Shown: positions 31,139-38,847 of the stretch, in pieces
Layout of the letters: every line of letters starts with the position of its first letter
Position numbering within the stretch: the first letter of the stretch is position 1
Source: an uncultured Pseudomonadales bacterium
GTDB taxonomy: Bacteria > Patescibacteriota > Microgenomatia > UBA1400 > PJMF01
Length of the DNA stretch: 64,000 nt
Direction of reading: 5' to 3'
Assembly: GCA_964393205.1 (NCBI GenBank)
Contig: CAYMSV010000001.1
Span: 103,440 to 167,439, forward strand
Position numbers and translations under genes: made by a program
Notes under the pieces: model-generated
Databases searched by the model: none
What the model saw: the letters and a program-made list of their open reading frames with translations, nothing else
Told to the model about the DNA's origin: nothing

Positions 31139-31165
31139 TTAGCAGACTAGAAAGGACTCTGCTAA
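31139..31165. promoter_or_regulatory. CIRCE-like (HrcA) operator upstream of clpB
   Basis: TTAGCAGAC-N9-CTCTGCTAA. Confidence 0.72.
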
Positions 31166-31286
31166 TTAACTAAAAGTTGATTTTTACTTGATACTTCTTA
31201 TATATTTTGATACATTTTGATAGATTAAAACAATAAAAATATTGATTTTAACTCATCACTAATAAAAAATACAAAAAAATTAATTT

Positions 31287-31640
31287 TTATTTACCATAAC
31301 AAACATGAAAAAAATCTGCTATATCTTCGTAAATTTTTTCAATTTCTGAATCTGTAAGATCTTCATTGTTTTTTTCTGCAGAGCGAAGATTTTTATTTGA
31401 TTTTGACCTAGAATCTTCTTTGATCTTAGTAATAATAGTTTTTATAGCAAATTCTCTCAATTCGAAATCATAGGCAAAAACCTTTTGCATGGACTCATTA
31501 AAGCTATGAAGATAACTAAGAAGAGCTTTTAAGTCTTGTGGCGAATCTGATGAAAGTAATTTTTTAATAAGAGCTTGCGGGCCAATTTTGGCATGTTTTT
31601 CTCTTAATTCTTTTCCTCTTTTTTCTCTTTCTTTAGACAT
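31287..31640 (-). CDS. Hypothetical protein (117 aa)
   Basis: ATG-started ORF between the 16S terminator and clpB; no recognised motif. Confidence 0.6.
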   Translation of the reverse strand: MSKEREKRGKELREKHAKIGPQALIKKLLSSDSPQDLKALLSYLHSFNESMQKVFAYDFELREFAIKTIITKIKEDSRSKSNKNLRSAEKNNEDLTDSEIEKIYEDIADFFHVCYGK

Positions 31641-31713
31641 AAATTTGTATCGCTTTTATCTATATTTAAGTATATAGAACACAGTCAATTATAACATGTA
31701 GGCTTTTTTAATT

Positions 31714-31740
31714 AAAAAAACGAGCCCAGTAGCTCGTTTT
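31714..31740 (-). terminator. Intrinsic terminator of the 16S rRNA transcript
   Basis: Minus strand AAAACGAGC-TACTGG-GCTCGTTTTTTT. Confidence 0.85.
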
Positions 31741-31764
31741 ATTTTTTGATTAAAATTGAATTAA

Positions 31765-31792
31765 TTAACAGTAAATACAGTGACAGAAAGCG
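31765..31792 (-). other. 3' strand of the pre-16S processing stem
   Basis: CGCTTTCTGTCACTGTATTTACTGTTAA is near-complementary (with G.U pairs) to the leader segment at 33463-33490. Confidence 0.85.
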
Positions 31793-31886
31793 ACCTGGGC
31801 ACCTATGTCCACAGGATTTTAGTTTTTCGTCTAAGTTGCCTTAGACGGGAGAAGGAGGTCGTGAAAACTCCTACCCATTCTCCTTA

Positions 31887-33377
31887 GAAAGGAGGTGATC
31901 CATCGGCACCTTCCAGTACCGATACCTTGTTACGACTTAACCCTCATCGCTAATCTCGCCGTAGAAGGGCCGTTCTCTTGCGAGTTACGGTCACCCGCTT
32001 CGGGCGCTACTAACTTTGCTGGTTTGACGGGCAGTGTGTACAAGGAGCGAGAACGTATTCACCGCAACCTGCTGATTTGCGATTACTACCGATTCCGACT
32101 TCATGCTCTCGAATTGCAGAGAACAATCTGAACTGAGGGGCCGTTTAAAGGATTGGCTCCGCCTTGCGGCTTCGCTACCCGTTGTCGGCTCCATTGTAGG
32201 ATGTGTGTTGCCCTGGATGTAAGGGTCATGCTGACTTGACGTCGTCCTCTCCTTCCTCCCTGCAAAAAGCAAGGCAGTCTCCCGTGACACTTGTAACACG
32301 GGATAAGGGTTGCGCTCGTTACCACACTTAAGTGGACGCCTCACGACACGAGCTGACGACAGCCATGCAACACCTGTGTAACACTCTCGAAGAAGATCTA
32401 GTTTCCTAGACCGTGCAGTTACATGTCAAACCCAGGTAAGGTATTTCGCTTTGTATCGAATTAAACCACATGCTCCACCGGTTGTGCGCTCCCCCGTCAA
32501 TTCCTTTGAGTTTTAACCTTGCGGTCGTAATCCCCAGGCGCCTTGCTTAACGCGTTAGCTTACATCACTCAATTCAAAGAATCAAGCAATTAGCAAGGAT
32601 CGTTTACGGTCTGGACTACAGGGGTCTCTAATCCCTTTTGCTACCCAAACTTTCGTCCCTGAGCGTCAGTTGTACTCCAGGAGCTCGCCTTCGCGAATGG
32701 TGTTCCTCTCGATATCTACGGATTTCACCCCTCCACCGAGAATTCCAGCTCCCCCTAGTAAACTCAATTCTATCAGTATTTCAACCTGTATCTGGAGTTG
32801 AGCTCCAGTATTAAAGTCAAAACTTAATAAAACGCCGACGGACGCTTTACGCCCAATAAATCCGGATAATGCTTGCACCCTACGTATTACCGAGGCTTCT
32901 GGCACGTAGTTAGCAGGTGCTTTCTAGCAGGGTACCCTCAAAAATTGTTCCCCTGCCACAGTGGTTTACACTCCGAAGAGCGTCTTCCCACACGCGGTGT
33001 CGCTGCGTCAGGCTTTCGCCCATTGCGCAATATTCCCAGTTGCTGCCACCCGTAGGTGTAGGTTCCGTGTCTCAGTAACCTTGTGGCCGGTCGTGCTCTC
33101 ACACCGGCTACCTGTCATCGGCTTGGTGAGCTATTACCTCACCAACTACCTGATAGGACATAGGCCTCTCCCTAAGCGCCCGAAGGCTTTGATCCGGAGA
33201 TCACATGCGGTATTACCCAATCTTTCGACTGGCTATTCCCCACTTAGGGGTAAGTTCCTATGTTGTACTCACCCGTCTGCTACTTGTGTTAGTCCGAAGA
33301 CTAACTTACCGTTCAACTTGCATGCTTAAAGCACACCGCCAGCATTCATCCTGAGCCAGGATCAAACTCTTAAAAAA
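31887..33377 (-). rRNA. rrs: 16S rRNA (ends approximate), Microgenomates-like, not linked to 23S
   Basis: AGAGTTTGATCCTGGCTCAG at 33370-33351; AAACTCAAAGGAATTGACGG; AAGTCGTAACAAGG; 3' GATCACCTCCTTT. Confidence 0.99.
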
Positions 33378-33462
33378 GTTTGATTTGCTCTATAAAAAAA
33401 TAAAAGTCAAATTGACGAGATGCAATCTTTAGTTTTAAAAACCAAAGATAAAATCTCTCTTG

Positions 33463-33490
33463 CACTTTCTATCACTATATTTGCTGTTAA
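33463..33490 (-). other. 5' strand of the pre-16S processing stem
   Basis: TTAACAGCAAATATAGTGATAGAAAGTG pairs with 31765-31792. Confidence 0.85.
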
Positions 33491-33508
33491 AAAAATAGCT
33501 GTCTTTAC

Positions 33509-33521
33509 TTGTTAAAGATCA
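33509..33521 (-). promoter_or_regulatory. boxA-like antitermination element in the rRNA leader
   Basis: TGATCTTTAACAA versus boxA TGCTCTTTAACA. Confidence 0.7.
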
Positions 33522-33604
33522 AAAAAACTTCTTTTTAAGCAAAAAAAAGAAAGGAGAAAACTTCTAGCTTTCTCTAATCATCTCTCTTTGCCTGAAGTGG
33601 GAGT

Positions 33605-33633
33605 ATTATATGGTCAAAAATTTTTAAAGTCAA
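33605..33633 (-). promoter_or_regulatory. Sigma70 promoter of the 16S gene
   Basis: TTGACT-N17-TATAAT. Confidence 0.9.
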
Positions 33634-33730
33634 CAGCGAAAACCAGATTAAAATTTGTTTTTTTACTTATGTTTTTAAATACAAGTTTGTGCTTTTTACA
33701 AAGCCAACTTTTTCTTTTATACTAGAAGCA

Positions 33731-34522
33731 ATGCCTGCAATCAAACAGGCGATCGTTATGACTTTAACGGTCGTCTTTGCTTACGTATTTTTGCAAACGC
33801 CAGAATTATCGGTTTATTCTTTGCAATTTTTTGCTGTACTTTGTCTCGCCTATTGGTGGCTACAGAAAAAACAAGGAAAACACTTTTTTTATCTCTTCAA
33901 TGAGCAGGGCTCCAGCAACGTCTTAGTTTTAAATTTAGCTTTTTTAATTTTGATTGGCAACACTCAGGGTTTAGCCTCTGCCTTTTTTGCTCTAAGCTTT
34001 ATCCAGCTTTTTTTTGTAACCTTAGCACTTGAAAATCGTTTAGCAATTTTATTGTCTTTAGAATTATTTTTATTTTATTTGGGTTTAGCTTTGAATCGTT
34101 ATGGTTTAATTTTGTCTAACAACATAAGTATGACTGAGTTAAATAATTTAATAGCTATTCCTTTAGTAACTATTTTTTATTTATTCGGCAAAGTTCAATA
34201 CCAACGTTTGCACTATCATTCTTTGTTGCTTGATAGTGAAAAACAGGAAAAGATTCAGGCTCAAGCAGACGATCAAGCTGTATCGATTTTTATTAATAAT
34301 TTACTAGATAAGCGTTTGCCGATGTTGGAATACTTGCTTACCTTTCCCCAAAAAAACATGGTAATGATTCAGGCCGAAATGCAATCTTTAAAAAAAGATT
34401 TAAATAGTTTGATGAAAGAAATTAATCACAAAACTGTTAAAAATGAGTCGGCAATTCAAGAAAAAATATTAATAGAAGAAGAAGCAGAAGTTTTAATCAA
34501 AGCTATTGATGATGAAATTTAG
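33731..34522 (+). CDS. Hypothetical polytopic membrane protein with cytoplasmic coiled-coil tail
   Basis: About 6 TM segments; ATG at 33731 is 7 nt after TATACT; stop overlaps the next gene. Confidence 0.8.
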   Translation: MPAIKQAIVMTLTVVFAYVFLQTPELSVYSLQFFAVLCLAYWWLQKKQGKHFFYLFNEQGSSNVLVLNLAFLILIGNTQGLASAFFALSFIQLFFVTLALENRLAILLSLELFLFYLGLALNRYGLILSNNISMTELNNLIAIPLVTIFYLFGKVQYQRLHYHSLLLDSEKQEKIQAQADDQAVSIFINNLLDKRLPMLEYLLTFPQKNMVMIQAEMQSLKKDLNSLMKEINHKTVKNESAIQEKILIEEEAEVLIKAIDDEI

Positions 34523-35246
34523 CTCAATCTTTTTACTGGTTTTTTTGTTTTCTTTTTTAAAGCCAGCAATGGTTAGGGCTGATAATATGAGTTCAAACTC
34601 TTATTATTTGCAATTTGGCAATTTTAATATGGGGAGTGGCGAGTTTGATACTGGTAGTCAATTTGGTTTGACTTATACCTTGGGCGGCACTGCTATTGGT
34701 CCCTATGGCGAATATGGTACTAGCCAGTATTTTATAGGTAGTGGTTTTCAATATATTTATCAAATTAGGCAATTTAGTTTTAGTTTATCCAAACTCAGCA
34801 TTGATCTTGGTGAGTTAAATCCAGGGTTTTTTGCTAGTGATAGTCATACTGTAACTATTAATACTGGTAGTGCCGGTGGTTATCAGGTTTATGTTTTTGA
34901 AAATCGTCCTCTAACTCATGTCAGTCAGCCAACTGAACAAATTCCCAACACCACATGTAACACTGGTTGTACAAAAAGTTTAGCAGGTATTTGGGACAAC
35001 CCAATTTATGATGGTTTTGGCTACCATGTGACTGGTGACAATACACCGAGTGATTTTATTAATAGTAGTTACTTTCGTCCCTTTGCTGATAATAGTTTAG
35101 GTGAAGACATGGAGCTGATTATGAGTAGTAATAATGTGGCTTTTGATGAAACAGCCACTATGACTTATCAAGCAGCTCCATCAGTAATGCAAGCGGCTGG
35201 TGATTATCAAACTTTTGTGGTTTTTGTAGCAGTACCAGGTTATTAA
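34506..35246 (+). CDS. Secreted WxL/pilin-like subunit 1
   Basis: Signal peptide (..MVRA|DN); FSFSL....IDLGEL.PG; HTVTINT...GGYQVYV; C-terminal AGDYQTFVVFVAVPGY beta-strand. Confidence 0.6.
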   Translation: MMMKFSSIFLLVFLFSFLKPAMVRADNMSSNSYYLQFGNFNMGSGEFDTGSQFGLTYTLGGTAIGPYGEYGTSQYFIGSGFQYIYQIRQFSFSLSKLSIDLGELNPGFFASDSHTVTINTGSAGGYQVYVFENRPLTHVSQPTEQIPNTTCNTGCTKSLAGIWDNPIYDGFGYHVTGDNTPSDFINSSYFRPFADNSLGEDMELIMSSNNVAFDETATMTYQAAPSVMQAAGDYQTFVVFVAVPGY

Positions 35247-35247
35247 A

Positions 35248-36291
35248 ATGATTAAAAAAATAATTTTTACTCTTATTTTTTTTGTAAGCTTATTGTCAGG
35301 CAAGCTGTCTGTAGTTAGAGCTCAAGGAATTGATGCTTTATCCGTAAATATTAATCCACCAGTTTCCTATCTTTATATAAAGCCTGGCGCTGGTATTGGG
35401 GCACCAATTAATTTGGAAAATCAGGGCCGTTATACTATTAGAGTAACTCCACAATTAGTTGATTTCCGAACCCATAAACAAACCGGGCAAATTATTTTAG
35501 AACAAACTAGTGAGTTTAAACACTTATCGATTGCAGGCAATCAGGAGCGTTGGGGCGAAGAATTTATCATTAAGCCAGGAGAAAGTTATACTCTACCCCT
35601 GACAATTGCTGTGCCAGCAGATTTTCCTCAAGAGGAATATCATTTATCAGTATTATTTAATGTCGAACAAATGCTTTTTTCTGATTATGAAAAAAGCAGT
35701 AACACTATTTTGTCTGGTATTGTTGCTAGTCATTTAGTAGTGATGGTTAGCTTAGATGAAGCTGATCGTAGTCAAATTGTGATTAAAGATTTTCAATTAC
35801 CTAAGATAGTGGATAGTTTAATGGGAATTAATTTTAAGATTTGGGTAAAAAATATTGGTTTAAATGCCAGTCCAATTCGGGGTAAACTAAGTGTTAGTCA
35901 CTGGCCATCTCCTGAAAAAGAAGTTTATGAATTTTATCCAGATATGGTTTTGGCTGATAGTCAGCGACAAGTACGAGGAATGAGTGAAGGAAATTTGGCT
36001 CGTTTACAAGAGTTGACTGAGCAAGAGGAGATTATATTGGCCAATAATGAAGATTATTTTGAATTACAAAGTTTATTGGTGCAAGAAACTTTAATTAGTG
36101 ATTTTCGCTACGAGAAAGCTTTTTTATTAGGTGCTTATGATTTTCATCTGGAAATTGGAGATGAAGAGCAAACTGAAAGAGTGATAGCTCTACCCTTCTC
36201 AATTCTTATAGCCCTTATTTCATTGCCAATTTTGTCTCGTTTATTAATTATTCTAATAAAGAAACTAGATTTTAAACATAAAAAAAACTGA
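35248..36291 (+). CDS. DUF916/WxLIP-like membrane-anchored chaperone-like protein 1
   Basis: Signal peptide; SVNINPP...IKPG......NLENQG; IKPGES..LPLTIAVP.DFP..EYH..VLF; second Ig domain (KNIG...SPIRG); C-terminal TM + basic tail. Confidence 0.65.
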   Translation: MIKKIIFTLIFFVSLLSGKLSVVRAQGIDALSVNINPPVSYLYIKPGAGIGAPINLENQGRYTIRVTPQLVDFRTHKQTGQIILEQTSEFKHLSIAGNQERWGEEFIIKPGESYTLPLTIAVPADFPQEEYHLSVLFNVEQMLFSDYEKSSNTILSGIVASHLVVMVSLDEADRSQIVIKDFQLPKIVDSLMGINFKIWVKNIGLNASPIRGKLSVSHWPSPEKEVYEFYPDMVLADSQRQVRGMSEGNLARLQELTEQEEIILANNEDYFELQSLLVQETLISDFRYEKAFLLGAYDFHLEIGDEEQTERVIALPFSILIALISLPILSRLLIILIKKLDFKHKKN

Positions 36292-36303
36292 GTTAAACTG
36301 CCC

Positions 36304-36333
36304 TTGACTCTCTGGCAAAAAAAATTATAAACT
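36304..36333 (+). promoter_or_regulatory. Possible internal promoter for the large pilin-like gene
   Basis: TTGACT followed by TATAAA (16-nt spacer) or TAAACT (18-nt spacer) in the 54-nt intergenic gap. Confidence 0.5.
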
Positions 36334-36345
36334 AGATTACATACT

Positions 36346-37800
36346 ATGCAAATAAAAAATCGTTTTTTGTTTTTATTGTCCCTTTTTATAATTATAAGCT
36401 CATTTTTTATCGGAATTCGCCCTAATCAGATAAAAGCAGCTAGTTTAAACAATGTTTCAACCCTGTTGAATAATGCGCGTTTCTCTTTTAGGAGTGCTCT
36501 CGAAGGTGCTCAAACTCTTGGTTCTTCTTTAATTACTATTGATGTAACTAACTATCCATCGACTTCGGTTTTGCAACTACAATCTGGTGATGTATTAAGA
36601 ATTGGTGGCGTTAATAATTACAATGTAGCCACTACCATCGATGACGCTACTGATGACAAAGTCAGTTTAACTTCCGGTTTATTAACTGGCGACATAGCAG
36701 ATGAAACCGCCCTAATTTCTACCCAGTCTTCAACTTTGACGGTTAAATTAACAACAGTGAGTGCACTGGAGAATGGAACTATTCGTATTTTGGTTCCGGC
36801 TACAAGTGCTACGGCAACTAATCGAGATGGATTGCCTGATGATGATGGATTTGATTTTGGAGGTAGCGCAAACGCAGCTATTACTTGTCCAGCCACCTAT
36901 CCAGCTGGATTTACAGGATTTACTGGAACGAGTAGTTATGCCAATGGCTCAGTTGAGATAGATGGTATTGATTATCATGTTTTTGACTGTGCTTACACGG
37001 GCACTGGAGCAGTTAGTGCTGCTTTTGATGGGACAACTTATCCAGCTTTTACAATTGCTAATTTAATTAATCCTTCGCCGAGTAGTTCGAGCGTTTTAGG
37101 AGAAGCAGATACTTATACGATCATAATTAGGCATTTGGCGAGTGACGATACCATAATTGATGAAACTTTAGCTAAAGTAGGAGTGATAGATGCAGTTCGT
37201 GTTTCGGCTACTATTCTACCTCAATTAACTTTTACCATTGAGGGCGTAGCATCCGGTCAAAGTAAATGTGGCATCACTACAGATGCTACTACTACACCTT
37301 TGGCCGTTCCTTTTGGAGATATTACCATTGGTACTTTCTCTGATTTGGCTCAGGTTTTAACTGTAACTACTAACGCGGCCAATGGCTATCAAGTAACAGC
37401 GGCAGAAAGTGATCAATTGGGTAAGGATGGACAGGCTTGTGCTGGTGATGGTTCGGCCGATACTGCTTGTATCGTTGATGCTAATGTTACTGGCATGAGC
37501 AATACTGTTTCAGCAGATTGGGCTGTAGTTACTGGAGATCAATATGGTTTTGGTTTCACTATAGGTTCGGCCACTGCTGGAATAACCAGACCTTTTTACT
37601 ACAATGAATCCGGCAGAACTTACAGTGCTCGCCATTTCTCAGATTTAGCTGAATCCACTGATCCTGAAACGATTTTCTCTCGCTCTACAGCAGCTCTGGA
37701 AGACATAGTAGATGTTTGTTATCGACTAACACCCTCTGCACTCAATGTAGCTGGAGACTATGAGAACTACATTGTGTACATAGCAACAGCTACTTTTTAA
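36346..37800 (+). CDS. Secreted WxL/pilin-like subunit 2 (large, Thr/Ala/Gly/Asp-rich)
   Basis: Signal peptide (..QIKA|AS); VRVSATILPQLTFTI; VPFGDI; QVLTVTTNAANGYQVT; six Cys; C-terminal AGDYENYIVYIATATF. Confidence 0.65.
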   Translation: MQIKNRFLFLLSLFIIISSFFIGIRPNQIKAASLNNVSTLLNNARFSFRSALEGAQTLGSSLITIDVTNYPSTSVLQLQSGDVLRIGGVNNYNVATTIDDATDDKVSLTSGLLTGDIADETALISTQSSTLTVKLTTVSALENGTIRILVPATSATATNRDGLPDDDGFDFGGSANAAITCPATYPAGFTGFTGTSSYANGSVEIDGIDYHVFDCAYTGTGAVSAAFDGTTYPAFTIANLINPSPSSSSVLGEADTYTIIIRHLASDDTIIDETLAKVGVIDAVRVSATILPQLTFTIEGVASGQSKCGITTDATTTPLAVPFGDITIGTFSDLAQVLTVTTNAANGYQVTAAESDQLGKDGQACAGDGSADTACIVDANVTGMSNTVSADWAVVTGDQYGFGFTIGSATAGITRPFYYNESGRTYSARHFSDLAESTDPETIFSRSTAALEDIVDVCYRLTPSALNVAGDYENYIVYIATATF

Positions 37801-37851
37801 GATTTAAAATTTAATTAATAATAAGAAACAGTTTAAAAATCAAGGAACAGA

Positions 37852-38847
37852 ATGCAACTAACCTGCCCAAAAAAGAATATTAAGATTCTTATTTTTCTTT
37901 TAAGTTTATTTATATTTACTTTCAGTTTGAAATCGGTGGCTATCGCCCAGGAGGCTTTGTCCTTGACAGTGAAGCCGGTCAGAATTGGAGATGATAATTC
38001 TTTACTTCTAAGTCCTGGTGAAAAAAAACAAATTCAAGTGAAGGTAGAAAACAACTCTCAAATGGACTTACAAATAGAGAGTCAAGTTTTAGATTTTATT
38101 GTGGCTCAAGACGGAACAACCCCGATTCCTGTTACAGAAGAACAAGATAACCGCTGGAGTTTAGCTAGTTGGATGACTCTGGCACCAGCAAGTAATTTTT
38201 TACAAGCTGGTGGGTCAGCAACCGTTAATGTTTTAATTGAAGTGCCCGAGGATGCTCTTCCTGGGGGTCGTTATGCTATGGTGTTACACAGTCCTGATGT
38301 AGGAGGAGTTGAAGACCAAACTGGAGCTGGTATTGCTCAGCGAGCAGGTACTTTGATTTATGTGATAATTGATGGTCCAATTAATGAATTAGCCTATGTT
38401 AACTTTTTTAGAGTGCCTGGATTTTTAGAAAAAGGACCAGTGCCTATGGAAATTAAGATTAGAAACGAATCAGACGTTCACATTACACCAACCCCGCAAA
38501 TTAAAGTTTTTAACATTTTTGGTAAAGAAATAGATAGATTGGTACTAGATCAGAAAAATGTTTTTCCTTTAACCGAGCGAGATTTTAGTGATGTTTGGCA
38601 GAAAAAATGGGGTTTTGGTCCCTACACTCTTAGGTTAGAAGCTGTCTACGGATTTCAAGGACAGGTGGCAAGTGCTGAAGCAGTAATCTGGTTAATACCA
38701 GTAACAATTATTATAATTGTTTTGCTTAGTATTTTACTGATTGTGGCTATAGTTTTGGCAATTAAGAAGAAACAAAGTCAGAAGGCACCATTTAAAGAGA
38801 TGCCAGAAGCTGAAACTCAGCCAATGGATGATCAAGATCAACAATAA
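37852..38847 (+). CDS. DUF916/WxLIP-like membrane-anchored chaperone-like protein 2
   Basis: Signal peptide; LTVKP....LSPGEKK.IQVKVEN; SLASWM; EVPEDALPGGRYAMVL; IRNESDVHITP; GFGPYTLRL; C-terminal TM + KKK. Confidence 0.72.
   Translation: MQLTCPKKNIKILIFLLSLFIFTFSLKSVAIAQEALSLTVKPVRIGDDNSLLLSPGEKKQIQVKVENNSQMDLQIESQVLDFIVAQDGTTPIPVTEEQDNRWSLASWMTLAPASNFLQAGGSATVNVLIEVPEDALPGGRYAMVLHSPDVGGVEDQTGAGIAQRAGTLIYVIIDGPINELAYVNFFRVPGFLEKGPVPMEIKIRNESDVHITPTPQIKVFNIFGKEIDRLVLDQKNVFPLTERDFSDVWQKKWGFGPYTLRLEAVYGFQGQVASAEAVIWLIPVTIIIIVLLSILLIVAIVLAIKKKQSQKAPFKEMPEAETQPMDDQDQQ

Noticed and set aside
31895-33329. Six ORFs of 60-122 aa within the 16S region
   Set aside because: They lie inside the rRNA gene and are chance frames.
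31887-33377. Possible 16S intron or insertion, common in CPR
   Set aside because: The length is about 1.49 kb and conserved blocks follow at normal spacing; no insertion seen.
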